Assembly: GCF_000341895.1 (NCBI RefSeq)
Contig: NC_020409.1
Span: 1,560,001 to 1,592,000 of the forward strand
Direction of reading: 5' to 3'
DNA length: 32,000 nucleotides
Source: Pseudodesulfovibrio piezophilus C1TLV30
GTDB lineage: Bacteria; Desulfobacterota; Desulfovibrionia; Desulfovibrionales; Desulfovibrionaceae
Below are positions 1-8,830 of the stretch, piece after piece. The position numbers and the translations under genes were made by a program. The notes under the pieces were generated by a model. It had not been told where the DNA came from, did not search any database, and was given only the letters and a program-made list of their open reading frames with translations. Numbering within the stretch: position 1 is the first letter of the stretch; each line of letters opens with the position of its first letter.

Positions 1-1
1 G

Positions 2-493
2 ATGGAAGACCGATTCACCACTTTGCTGGCGCGCCTTGAGGATGCGGGGCACGACCTTATCCATGACAAGAACTCGGACACCAAAGACCTTGCATGGCGA
101 TTAAACCGAATCTATGGCCCGGATCACCTTGAACGAAAAAAAATGGGGATTGTAGAGCAAAGCACCCGCCTGATGCGTGCCTTCGGCCCCTCTGTCATTC
201 AAGAAAAACGTCGTGAAACAGCTCTGCTTGCCAAACAGATGCATCAGGCCATGACACATTTTTTGGACACAGCAGAACGACGATGTGAGATCTCGACCGC
301 AACCCTTGGCGGACTTGATCCGGAGGCACCTCTGCAACGCGGCTATTCCCTGATCCGGGTAAAAAAGACAGGCGATTTTTTACGTGACCCGAAAGAGGTG
401 ACGTCGGGCGACGCTCTTGATATCAGAGTGAAAGAAGGACACATTAGCGCAGTTGTCACCAACGAAAATACAGACTCTCAGGAGAACAGATGA
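2..493 (+). CDS. xseA: Exodeoxyribonuclease VII large subunit, C-terminal fragment (gene enters from the left edge)
   Basis: The ORF is open at the window edge. Its helical region is followed by the tail ...APLQRGYSLIRVKKTGDFL...GDALDIRVKEGHISAVV, typical of ExoVII large subunits. xseB lies 1.3 kb downstream on the same strand. Confidence 0.75.
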   Translation: MEDRFTTLLARLEDAGHDLIHDKNSDTKDLAWRLNRIYGPDHLERKKMGIVEQSTRLMRAFGPSVIQEKRRETALLAKQMHQAMTHFLDTAERRCEISTATLGGLDPEAPLQRGYSLIRVKKTGDFLRDPKEVTSGDALDIRVKEGHISAVVTNENTDSQENR

Positions 494-1482
494 AACGGCT
501 TATCTTGCTCATATTTCTCGTCACCGCACTGACATTACCTCTTGTACCAGCCACGGTTCCGGCTCAGGATTTCGGCCTGGAAGACGGAGATGACATCGGT
601 TTCATCCTGCCCAAGGATGCCCAGGCCGCCCAGATGGAAACTCAGGAAAAGACTTCTGCCGACTCCGCCATCGTCCTTGCTGCCCCAAGTCGCATCGGTC
701 TGGGTAAAGCCTTTATAGTTCGACTGACGTCTGACCAACCGCTGGATTCCGTCTCCATCAACTGGCAAGGGAAGCAAGTTGTCCCATCCATCTCCGTCTG
801 GAACGATCACCATGTGGCGATGACCCTGCTCGGTACCGATGTTTTGACTGCCAAACCCGGACAGGAGGAACTCTCCGTCATAGCGTCCATCAACGGCAAG
901 GAAAACACTTTTCGCCGCACTGTCCAGATTATTCCTGTGGATTATCCAAAGCAGATTCTGACACTGCCGGAAAAAATGGTGACACCACCCGAGTCAGTCT
1001 ATGAACGTATCAAGGCTGATAGGGTTGCCACCTCCAAGGCTAAGGAAACAGTCTCGCCACAACGCACATGGCAATTGCCACTTGAACGGCCGGTTCAGGG
1101 CAAGGTTACCAGCCTCTATGGAGTCCAGCGCATTCTCAACGGCAAACCCAAGAATCCGCACCGGGGGCTTGATTTCCGGTCTCCCATAGGGAATCCGGTC
1201 AAATCAGTGGCCGATGGCGTGGTTATTCTTGTTGGTGACCACTATTATGCCGGGAATTCAATCTACATTGATCATGGGAACGGGGTCGTTTCCATGTATT
1301 TTCACCTGTCCAAACCCATGGTCAAGGAAGGTGATCAGGTGAAACGAGGGCAAGCCATAGCGCTGTCCGGCATGTCGGGCCGTGCCACTGGTCCCCACCT
1401 GCACCTTTCCGTTTCCGTCCTCGGCCAATTGGTCGACCCGGCCCCATTGTTCACGAACAGCGTTGATACCCTTTTGCAGTAG
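490..1482 (+). CDS. Secreted M23/LytM-family metallopeptidase
   Basis: Signal-peptide-like N-terminus MKRLILLIFLVTALTLPLVPATVPA. C-terminal M23 motifs HRGLDF, IDHGNGVVSMYFHL and SGRATGPHLHL. AGGAG SD upstream. The ATG overlaps the xseA TGA (ATGA). Confidence 0.9.
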   Translation: MKRLILLIFLVTALTLPLVPATVPAQDFGLEDGDDIGFILPKDAQAAQMETQEKTSADSAIVLAAPSRIGLGKAFIVRLTSDQPLDSVSINWQGKQVVPSISVWNDHHVAMTLLGTDVLTAKPGQEELSVIASINGKENTFRRTVQIIPVDYPKQILTLPEKMVTPPESVYERIKADRVATSKAKETVSPQRTWQLPLERPVQGKVTSLYGVQRILNGKPKNPHRGLDFRSPIGNPVKSVADGVVILVGDHYYAGNSIYIDHGNGVVSMYFHLSKPMVKEGDQVKRGQAIALSGMSGRATGPHLHLSVSVLGQLVDPAPLFTNSVDTLLQ

Positions 1483-1751
1483 GAGACAAGCCATGAGCAT
1501 CATCAACGGAAGAAACAGTCCGACTGCGATGCGTTTTTCAAAATGGTCCGCTCCTACCAGATAAAGGCAAGCGCATCCATGAAAGAGGGGAATCTCAACA
1601 CCCCAGGCCCGCTCTCCAGCCTTTAATAAAGTGTCTGGTCTCCCAATGGCACTGAACACGATTTGACAGCGTTCAGTCCCCTGTATCGAAAATGAATTTA
1701 GTTACAATCCCTCTGTGAACAGAGAACAAATCTCCCGCAGGAGAATGATAT

Positions 1752-1991
1752 ATGGCACAAGAAACCTTTGAGAACAGATTAGACAAACTCAAATCGGTAG
1801 TGGAACGGCTGGAGCGCGGCGATCTCCCTCTAGAGGAAGGTGTGGCCCTGTATAAGGAAGGACTGAAATTGACCAAGGCCTGCGGCAAACAACTGGAAAA
1901 TGCCCGCCATGAAGTCAAATTGGTATCCGAAGGACTCGTCAAGGAATTCGAGGCGCTTGAAACCATGGAGACAGAAGCTGATGATGATTAA
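1752..1991 (+). CDS. xseB: Exodeoxyribonuclease VII small subunit
   Basis: 79 aa. FENRLDKLKSVVERLERGDLPLEEGVALYKEGLKL is the characteristic XseB helical hairpin. AGGAG SD 7 nt upstream. Confidence 0.9.
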   Translation: MAQETFENRLDKLKSVVERLERGDLPLEEGVALYKEGLKLTKACGKQLENARHEVKLVSEGLVKEFEALETMETEADDD

Positions 1992-2880
1992 GGAGCAGTT
2001 AGGCTCACGCGCCGCAGTCGTGGAATCCTATCTCAAAGCAGCCATGAAAGACCGTGGTATTCCTGCTCGACTGCATGCATCCATGGAGTACTCCCTGTTG
2101 GCAGGAGGCAAGAGACTACGCCCTGTCCTGACCCTCTCATGGGCTCAAATGCTTGGCGAGGCCACCATCACGGACGCGGTTATGCCTTTCGCAGCCAGTC
2201 TGGAATGTATTCACACCTACTCGCTTATTCACGATGACCTGCCTGCCATGGATGACGACGACCTGCGCCGGGGAAAACCATCCAACCACAAAAAATTTGA
2301 TGAAGCCACAGCCATCCTGGCCGGAGATGGCCTCCTGACCGAAGCGTTCGGATTGATGTCCACCGCATCCATTGTCAAAGGGTTGCCTGCTGATCGGGTG
2401 CTGCGAGCCATAGCCGTACTGGCCCATGCAGCCGGTGCAAGCGGTATGGTCGGTGGCCAGGCTGTGGATATGGAACTGACCGGCGGCACGAGTGTCGCCC
2501 TTGAGCAACTCCGCATCATGCATGCCATGAAAACAGGAGCGCTGATTACTGCGGCCTGCGAGTGTGGCGCGATTCTCTCCGGATCGACTGAAGCGGATAT
2601 CGAAAATGCGCGCGAATATGGCCAGGCAATAGGCGTCGCCTTTCAAATCGTTGATGATATCCTTGATGTTGTCAGTGATACGGAAACCCTTGGAAAACCT
2701 GCCGGAAGTGATGAGGCTATGGGAAAATCAACCTACCCGGCGCTCATCGGACTGGACAAAAGCAAAGCATTGGCCCGAAGACATGTGGACAGTGCGCTCG
2801 AACGGTTGACAACGTATGCCGGAGCCGAACATCAATTCCTGGCGGATTTGGCCCGGTACATTGTAGACAGAGTCTACTGA
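1981..2880 (+). CDS. ispA: Farnesyl/geranyl diphosphate synthase (polyprenyl synthetase family)
   Basis: Two Asp-rich motifs, LIHDDLPAMDDDDLRRGKP and FQIVDDILD. I place the start at the in-frame ATG 1981 (MMIKEQL...), overlapping the xseB stop, rather than the ORF-track start at 1900, which runs through xseB. Conserved xseB-ispA-dxs order. Confidence 0.9.
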   Translation: MMIKEQLGSRAAVVESYLKAAMKDRGIPARLHASMEYSLLAGGKRLRPVLTLSWAQMLGEATITDAVMPFAASLECIHTYSLIHDDLPAMDDDDLRRGKPSNHKKFDEATAILAGDGLLTEAFGLMSTASIVKGLPADRVLRAIAVLAHAAGASGMVGGQAVDMELTGGTSVALEQLRIMHAMKTGALITAACECGAILSGSTEADIENAREYGQAIGVAFQIVDDILDVVSDTETLGKPAGSDEAMGKSTYPALIGLDKSKALARRHVDSALERLTTYAGAEHQFLADLARYIVDRVY

Positions 2881-2901
2881 TTGGCTTAGAGTCTTCGCCC
2901 T

Positions 2902-4830
2902 ATGAGTCATGCCCCCATGAACAAAACACTCCTCTCGCAGATCAAGGAGCCAGCCGACGTCAAGAGACTCTCGGTTGAGCAACTGGAAACACTGGCCGGA
3001 GAGATCCGTGCCACCATTATTACCCAGGTCTCGGGACACGGAGGTCATCTGGCGCCTTCTCTCGGCGTGGTCGAACTGACACTCGCTCTCTTCAGTGCCT
3101 ATGATATCGGTACGGACAAACTGGTCTGGGATGTCGGCCACCAGGCCTATGCCCACAAGCTGCTCACCGGCCGGGTAGATCAATTCCACACCTTGCGTCA
3201 AAAAGGTGGGCTGAGTGGATTCCCCAGACCGGAAGAATCTCCTTTCGACCATTTCGGAGTGGGCCACTCCTCCACATCCATTTCTGCGGCTCTGGGTATG
3301 GCCATGGCCCGTGACCTCAAAGGCGAAGACAATGATGTCATCGCTGTTATCGGGGATGGGTCGCTGACTGCCGGTCTTGCCTTCGAAGGCTTGAACCAGG
3401 CTGGCGATCTCGGCCGAAAAATGGTGGTTGTCCTCAATGACAACGAAATGTCCATCTCCAAAAATGTGGGAGCGCTGTCACAATTCCTGAGCCGGAAAAT
3501 GACCACCCCGTTCCTCCAGCGTCTTAAAAGCGATGTGGAAGGATTGCTCGGCGGCATCCCGAAAATTGGTGATGACCTGGCTGGCTATGCCAAACGATAT
3601 GGGGATTCCGTCAAATCGTTTTTTACGCCCGGTATTCTTTTCGAAGCGTTCCACTTCACTTACGTCGGGCCGCTGGATGGACACAATACGCCATTGATGA
3701 TCAAGGTTTTCAACGAGATAAAAAAACTCGACAAACCGGTCTTGGTCCATGTCATGACAAAAAAAGGGAAGGGATACGAACCAGCTGAGTCAGACCCGAC
3801 TCATTTTCACGGTGTTGGGACATTTATCCCGGAAACAGGTTTGGCCAGCAAGTTTTCCGCGAGTGGGCTCCCTTCCTATACGGAGATATTTGGCGCGACC
3901 CTCTGCAACCTGGCTGAACGCGACGACAAGATACTGGCCATCACCGCTGCAATGCCAGAGGGCACAGGAACAGAATGTTTTCGCCAGAACTACCCGGAGA
4001 GGTTTGTGGATGTGGGTATTTGCGAACAGCACGCCGTGACCTTTGCGGCGGGCCTCGCCACCCAGGGATACAAACCGGCTGTTGCCATCTACTCCACTTT
4101 TCTGCAACGCGCCTATGATCAGATCGTGCATGATGTTTGCCTGCAAAATCTCAATGTGAATCTTTTCCTTGATCGAGGAGGGTTGGTCGGGGAAGACGGT
4201 GCGACTCATCATGGGGCCTTTGATCTCAGCTACCTGCGCCATATTCCCAATCTTGTAGTTATGGCCCCCAAAGATGAAGCTGAATTGGCTCGCATGATGG
4301 CAACCGCTTTTGAATATGACGGACCATGTGCCATCCGGTATCCCCGAGGAACCGGCGTCGGAGCCGAGGTATCGAAAACACCGCAGAAAATTGCACTCAG
4401 CGAAGGGGAACTGATGCGAGATGGTTCTGACGCCGTAGTCATTACCATCGGTTCACGTGTTTACCCTGCCGTGGAAGCGGCCATGGAGTTGGAAGAAGTC
4501 GGCCTGGATATAGCTGTTTTCAATACCCGCTTTGTCAAACCCCTGCCTGAAGAACACATTCTGGAGCTTGCAGGACGATTCAATATCATCTTGATGGTGG
4601 AAGAAAATGCTCTTGCCGGGGGATTCGGCTCTGCCGTGATGGAATTTCTCAATGCAGCGGGAGCCTCTGACGGCAAGACCATCAAACGACTCGGCATCCC
4701 TGATGAATTCATAGAACACGGCACACAGAAAGAACTCCGTGCCCTGCTTGGAATCGACAAGAACGGTATCAAGAAGACACTGAAAGCTCTCTGCACGGGG
4801 CGAACCAACGACTCAAGCAAAAAAGCCTGA
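2902..4830 (+). CDS. dxs: 1-deoxy-D-xylulose-5-phosphate synthase
   Basis: 642 aa. GHQAYAHKLLTGR, the ThDP motif IGDGSLTAGLAFEGLN...VLNDNEMSIS, and a transketolase-like C-terminal half. An alternative start at ATG 2917 is possible. Confidence 0.95.
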   Translation: MSHAPMNKTLLSQIKEPADVKRLSVEQLETLAGEIRATIITQVSGHGGHLAPSLGVVELTLALFSAYDIGTDKLVWDVGHQAYAHKLLTGRVDQFHTLRQKGGLSGFPRPEESPFDHFGVGHSSTSISAALGMAMARDLKGEDNDVIAVIGDGSLTAGLAFEGLNQAGDLGRKMVVVLNDNEMSISKNVGALSQFLSRKMTTPFLQRLKSDVEGLLGGIPKIGDDLAGYAKRYGDSVKSFFTPGILFEAFHFTYVGPLDGHNTPLMIKVFNEIKKLDKPVLVHVMTKKGKGYEPAESDPTHFHGVGTFIPETGLASKFSASGLPSYTEIFGATLCNLAERDDKILAITAAMPEGTGTECFRQNYPERFVDVGICEQHAVTFAAGLATQGYKPAVAIYSTFLQRAYDQIVHDVCLQNLNVNLFLDRGGLVGEDGATHHGAFDLSYLRHIPNLVVMAPKDEAELARMMATAFEYDGPCAIRYPRGTGVGAEVSKTPQKIALSEGELMRDGSDAVVITIGSRVYPAVEAAMELEEVGLDIAVFNTRFVKPLPEEHILELAGRFNIILMVEENALAGGFGSAVMEFLNAAGASDGKTIKRLGIPDEFIEHGTQKELRALLGIDKNGIKKTLKALCTGRTNDSSKKA

Positions 4831-4953
4831 CGCACACAGATACCCCATTCACAAACAGCAGGCCTTGCGCCCCCTTCAAAGGGGGCCGATACGGTGTCAC
4901 TGCTGCATATGGAGTCCCCCCCCACCATTTGTGAACGACTCGTAGAATGTGTG

Positions 4954-4988
4954 AAAAAAGCTCCACCTGACCAGGACATTCATCGAGC
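4954..4988 (-). terminator. Weak intrinsic terminator candidate after the small-ORF pair
   Basis: On the - strand, a short imperfect stem (GCTC...CCTGGTCAGG...GAGC) sits immediately after the TAA at 4990 and is followed by TTTTTT (+ strand A-run 4954..4959). Confidence 0.3.
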
Positions 4989-4989
4989 C

Positions 4990-5217
4990 TTACTGCGCCT
5001 GACTGGAACCGAAATCCACTTTATGCGATGGCACCCCCAGAGCTGCTACCAATAGACCGTGACACAGCGTGCTGCCTAACCCCAATCCGAATGAACGGCA
5101 CACCAGCACGCCACACAAAGCGATGAGAATCCCTTTTTCGCGAAATGCCCACCGCCGCGACCGTCTCGACTGAGGTTCTGTTGCAACGACCTGCCCACTT
5201 TTTTCACTCATTTTCAT
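4990..5217 (-). CDS. Hypothetical small membrane protein (75 aa)
   Basis: ATG at 5217 preceded by AAGGGGA. Arg-rich N-terminus (RRSRRW), then hydrophobic GILIALCGVLVCRSFGLGLGSTLCHGLLVAALGV. The start overlaps the stop of the upstream Cys-rich ORF as ATGA. Confidence 0.3.
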   Translation of the reverse strand: MKMSEKSGQVVATEPQSRRSRRWAFREKGILIALCGVLVCRSFGLGLGSTLCHGLLVAALGVPSHKVDFGSSQAQ

Positions 5218-5312
5218 GCAAGTCCCCTTCTGCTGATGCCAAACAGGGAAGTAAAGCAGGAGTCTTTGCAGCAAAGACAGGGTGCGTCCCGACAGATTGA
5301 ATCACCACGCAT
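5214..5312 (-). CDS. Hypothetical Cys-rich mini-protein (32 aa from ATG 5312; up to 67 aa if the GTG at 5417 is used)
   Basis: TAGGAG SD 5 nt before ATG 5312. Product MRGDSICRDAPCLCCKDSCFTSLFGISRRGLA. The TGA overlaps the next ATG (ATGA). No homology recognised. Confidence 0.2.
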   Translation of the reverse strand: MRGDSICRDAPCLCCKDSCFTSLFGISRRGLA

Positions 5313-5494
5313 GAATACTCCTACCACGATTGCCCTCACGCTAAGATGAAAAGGTGTCCCCATGAAGACACTTTCGTGACATCCCTGATGACAATTGTGA
5401 CACGGGAGATTGTCCACTCAAGAGTCTCAACCTGTATTTCATACCTTTCTTGCGACGTTTTTTCCCAATGAACCAGAGCCAATTTCTCTGCATA

Positions 5495-5524
5495 AGAAAA
5501 CCCCGGACAGTTTCCTGTCCGGGG
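5495..5524 (-). terminator. Rho-independent terminator of the ech operon
   Basis: The - strand reads CCCCGGACAG-gaaa-CTGTCCGGGG followed by TTTTCTT, about 35 nt after the echF stop. Confidence 0.75.
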
Positions 5525-5557
5525 CTGGAGGGATGAGTTCACTCTCAATTCTTTGAA

Positions 5558-6046
5558 TCAACTCTTTTTCTGAGCGGCTTTCATACCGCCTTTTTTGGTC
5601 ACGGGTTTGACGTCATTTCCCGTTGTCTGTGCATCGGCTTTCTTCTCGGGATAAGCCGTATCCTTGGCCGCAGCATCCTTTACTTTCGGAGCCGATGCCT
5701 TTTTCTTCGGTTTTGGAAGCGTTCCTTTCTCAATCCATGTAATGCGTTCCGTCATCGGTTTACGATGAACATTTTTCATGGAAAGGCACTTGGTCGGGCA
5801 ATTATCCACGCAAACACCACAGTAAACACATGCGTGCGGGTTGCACTCCCATGTGGCTTCCGGCTTGGTGACCGTTATGCACTGACTCGGGCATTTGCGA
5901 GAACAGGTCCCGCAAAAGATGCATGAATCAATGTCTATGATCAATTCACCCCGATATTTGGAAAAAGGCTCCCGGACCTCGGAGGGATAGTTCCTAGTCG
6001 CCGGTTTCCTGATCAGGTTCTTAAGGACAGTGGGTGTAAACAGCAT
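5558..6046 (-). CDS. echF: Ech hydrogenase 2x[4Fe-4S] ferredoxin-like subunit with a Lys/Ala-rich C-terminal tail
   Basis: Two cluster motifs, CIFCGTCSRKCP and CVYCGVCVDNCP. The start is taken at ATG 6046 (MLFTPTVLKN...), 10 nt after the echE stop; the ORF-track start at 6253 would overlap echE. Confidence 0.85.
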   Translation of the reverse strand: MLFTPTVLKNLIRKPATRNYPSEVREPFSKYRGELIIDIDSCIFCGTCSRKCPSQCITVTKPEATWECNPHACVYCGVCVDNCPTKCLSMKNVHRKPMTERITWIEKGTLPKPKKKASAPKVKDAAAKDTAYPEKKADAQTTGNDVKPVTKKGGMKAAQKKS

Positions 6047-6056
6047 GGCGATCTCC

Positions 6057-7136
6057 TTAGCGTTCGGTGCAACTGATGCACGGGTCGATGGCAAGGACGA
6101 TAACCGGCACATCAGCCAATTCGCAGCCGGGCAGCGTTGCCAGAAGCGGCGGGATATTGGCAAATGTGGGGGTTCGAATACGCAGTCGATCCAGATGCTT
6201 GGTACCGTTACCTTTGATATAGTACATGCACTCGCCACGAGGCTGTTCAACACGCATGAACGCTTCTCCTTCGGGCGGGTTCCCTTTCACCTTGACGTTC
6301 AACTCGCCCTCGGGGAGCTTGCTGATAGCTTGACGAACCAGGTCCATGGATTGCAGGCATTCACGAAAACGCACAGTGGAACGTGCCCAACAATCGCCAG
6401 CCATTTCCACCATGGGTTCGAAATCGATCTCGGAATAGCCGCCATAACCGAGCATGCGCATATCCTGCGCAACCCCGGAACCACGCAGCATAGGACCGGC
6501 TGCACCCAGTTCCCAGGCCTGCTCCTTGGTCAGAACGCCCACGCCAACGGTCCGGGCCTTGACCGAATAATCATTCATGATGGTATCCTGAAGAGCGCGG
6601 ACTTCCTTTTCCACTATATCGACTTCGGATAGAATCCATCGGATCTGGTCGGGCGACAAGTCGGCACGCACTCCGCCAATGACATTGACGGACACGATCA
6701 CACGACTTCCTGTCGTCGCTTCATTGATATCCATAATCCGTTCACGAATCTTCCAGAACTGCATGAAGAGAGCTTCAAAACCGAATGCATCGGCAAAAAG
6801 TCCCAACCAAAGCAAATGGGAATGGGTCCTGTGCAGCTCGGACCAAATGACCCGCAGCATTTCTGCACGCTTGGGAATCTCGACCCCCATAAGCTCTTCG
6901 ACAGCCTGGGAATAGCACACAGCGTGGATCATGGAACAAATCCCGCACACGCGCTCACAGACCTGAATCATCTGTCTGAAATCACGGATATCAGCCAATT
7001 TCTCCAACCCGCGATGGACATAGCCCAAAGCCGGAATGGCCTCTTTGACGATCTCGTCCTCAACCTTGAGCGTCAGATGCACTGGCTCAGGCAGGACAGG
7101 ATGCTGAGGACCGAAGGGAATTACGGTAGTTGCCAT
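6057..7136 (-). CDS. echE: Ech [NiFe] hydrogenase large subunit (NuoD-like)
   Basis: 359 aa. N-terminal Ni-binding motif RVCGICSMIH and C-terminal DPCISCTER. Group-4 membrane-bound hydrogenase size. Confidence 0.9.
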   Translation of the reverse strand: MATTVIPFGPQHPVLPEPVHLTLKVEDEIVKEAIPALGYVHRGLEKLADIRDFRQMIQVCERVCGICSMIHAVCYSQAVEELMGVEIPKRAEMLRVIWSELHRTHSHLLWLGLFADAFGFEALFMQFWKIRERIMDINEATTGSRVIVSVNVIGGVRADLSPDQIRWILSEVDIVEKEVRALQDTIMNDYSVKARTVGVGVLTKEQAWELGAAGPMLRGSGVAQDMRMLGYGGYSEIDFEPMVEMAGDCWARSTVRFRECLQSMDLVRQAISKLPEGELNVKVKGNPPEGEAFMRVEQPRGECMYYIKGNGTKHLDRLRIRTPTFANIPPLLATLPGCELADVPVIVLAIDPCISCTER

Positions 7137-7145
7137 TTCAGCCCC

Positions 7146-7514
7146 CTATTTTTTCGGCTCGATCTTGACGTTGGACACCAGCGGAACCTGGGTGACCTCG
7201 GGGTCAAGATAGAGCGTACGATTAAAGTCAAGAACCAGGCCGTCAAAGGAGACGTTCCACTGGTCACGAATTTCATTTTCCACCAACAGAGCGGAGAAGT
7301 AGACCCCGGACACACTGGGGATGGGTTTATCCATATCCGCAACGAGTCGCAGGTGGGTCACTTCCAAATCCTTATCAAAATGATACAGGATGCCAATCCT
7401 GCTCTCGTCCTCTTGATAGGTCGAGAACGTGATCAGACGCTGCCCATCATTCTTCATAGTCATGACCTCACCGACAATGGTGTCAATGGTCACGTCAATT
7501 ACTTTACCTTTCAT
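7146..7514 (-). CDS. echD: Ech hydrogenase small NuoC-like subunit
   Basis: 122 aa, positioned between the NuoB-like and NuoD-like genes. The core ILYHF...VSGVYFSALLVENEIRDQW resembles NuoC. Confidence 0.75.
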   Translation of the reverse strand: MKGKVIDVTIDTIVGEVMTMKNDGQRLITFSTYQEDESRIGILYHFDKDLEVTHLRLVADMDKPIPSVSGVYFSALLVENEIRDQWNVSFDGLVLDFNRTLYLDPEVTQVPLVSNVKIEPKK

Positions 7515-7534
7515 GATTCACCTCGTGTTGCAGC

Positions 7535-7978
7535 CTAGCCGGCTTCTTCCACTTTTTGCGCGAACTTGCCAAGACCGACGACAACGCCGTCAATAATGGC
7601 TTCGGGCTTGGCCGGACAACCGGGAACGTAGACATCCACGGGAATAACCTTGTCAACGCCGCCAACGACGTTGTAGGCCTCGCGAAAAACACCGCCGGTA
7701 TTACCACAAGCGCCTATGGCGATGACGGCCTTTGGCTCGGGCATTTGGTCATAGATGTTTTTGAGCACCTTTTTATTGCGATGGTTGACCGTGCCGGTAA
7801 CCAGAAGCACATCAGCGTGTTTGGGGTTACCGACATTGATAATACCAAACCGCTCCACATCGTAAAGCGGAGTCAGGCAAGCCAGGACCTCGATATCGCA
7901 GCCGTTACAGCTTCCGCAGTCATAGTGCATGATCCACGGGGACTTGGCGCGAGATTTCTTGATAAATGAACCGAACAT
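7535..7978 (-). CDS. echC: Ech hydrogenase small subunit (NuoB-like, proximal [4Fe-4S])
   Basis: CGSCNGCDIE, IGACGNTGG and VPGCPAKPE cysteine motifs typical of NuoB/EchC. Confidence 0.9.
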   Translation of the reverse strand: MFGSFIKKSRAKSPWIMHYDCGSCNGCDIEVLACLTPLYDVERFGIINVGNPKHADVLLVTGTVNHRNKKVLKNIYDQMPEPKAVIAIGACGNTGGVFREAYNVVGGVDKVIPVDVYVPGCPAKPEAIIDGVVVGLGKFAQKVEEAG

Positions 7979-7981
7979 GAT

Positions 7982-8830
7982 TTACCCCGCGTACAGCCAG
8001 ATAAGGTTAACAACAGACATGCCCATGCCGAGCACCCAGACACGCTTGAGCATCCAGCGCCAGGTCATTCGGGCCATGGTGTTGTCCACCAGGATTTCGA
8101 GCATGTAGGTGACGATCAGCAGGACGGCCATCCACATCACGTTGGTGGACCAAAACAGGGAGCACACACCGAGGACGAGGACTGTCTCGTACCAATGTGC
8201 TATCTCGATAAGAGCCAGATATGGCCCTGAATATTCAGTAAGAACCCCCTTAACCAACTCCTGATGCCCATGATGGGATGTAGAGAAATCAAAGGGAGAC
8301 TTGCGCAGCTTGATAGTCAAGGCATACCCAAGAGCCAGGTACAGCAACGGCATCTTGCCCAGTAAAGGCTGATTCAGATTCCAGACCGCTTCAATGGAAA
8401 AACTGCCGGTAACCAAATAAATACCGACAAAGACCAGAATGAGAACAGGCTCATAGGCGAGAATCTGCATCAACTCTCGTTGTGCCCCGACTTGGGAGTA
8501 CGGAGATTTTGCGGCCATGGCTCCCATGACCAAAAACACCGCTCCAATGGCCTGAATGAAGAAGATCAGCAACAGATCGCCTTGAGCGAAGAAAAGCGCC
8601 ACAGAGACAGCTGCCGCGATCATGTAAACCCATGAGCACAGGATCTGCCACTGGTTGACAACCATCTTTTCCTTGCCCAGGAGTTTGGCCACGTCGTAAA
8701 AGGCCTGCATGATCGGCGGTCCCTGCCTGGACTGAAACCACGCGGTGATACGACGATCAAGACCTGCGATCAAACCTCCGAGAAGGGGGCCGGCCACAAG
8801 GCCGAGAATGATGAGAACAAGTGTATCCAT
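7982..8830 (-). CDS. echB: Ech hydrogenase integral membrane subunit (NuoH-like)
   Basis: 282-aa polytopic hydrophobic protein. The ATG overlaps the echA TAA by 1 nt (TAATG). Confidence 0.85.
   Translation of the reverse strand: MDTLVLIILGLVAGPLLGGLIAGLDRRITAWFQSRQGPPIMQAFYDVAKLLGKEKMVVNQWQILCSWVYMIAAAVSVALFFAQGDLLLIFFIQAIGAVFLVMGAMAAKSPYSQVGAQRELMQILAYEPVLILVFVGIYLVTGSFSIEAVWNLNQPLLGKMPLLYLALGYALTIKLRKSPFDFSTSHHGHQELVKGVLTEYSGPYLALIEIAHWYETVLVLGVCSLFWSTNVMWMAVLLIVTYMLEILVDNTMARMTWRWMLKRVWVLGMGMSVVNLIWLYAG

Noticed and set aside
1258-1659. A 133-aa - strand ORF overlapping the 3' end of the M23 peptidase gene.
   Set aside because: It would overlap about 225 nt of a gene with clear M23 motifs. 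It has no SD and no recognisable features.
5376-5402. The GTGACA hexamer recurs in intergenic DNA: 5376 and 5397 (21-nt phasing), 12901, 25783, 25833 and 31882. This suggested a shared regulator site.
   Set aside because: The hexamer is short and also occurs in coding sequence. Orientation relative to the downstream genes is inconsistent. I cannot compute enrichment statistics here.
5336-5548. A 70-aa - strand ORF immediately after echF.
   Set aside because: It contains the ech terminator hairpin (5501..5524) within its coding frame, so it is very unlikely to be translated.
6030-7538. + strand ORFs of 200 aa and 240 aa (6030..6632, 6816..7538) inside the ech cluster.
   Set aside because: They are antisense to echE and echD, whose Ni-binding and NuoC-like motifs are unambiguous. 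They have no motifs and no SD.
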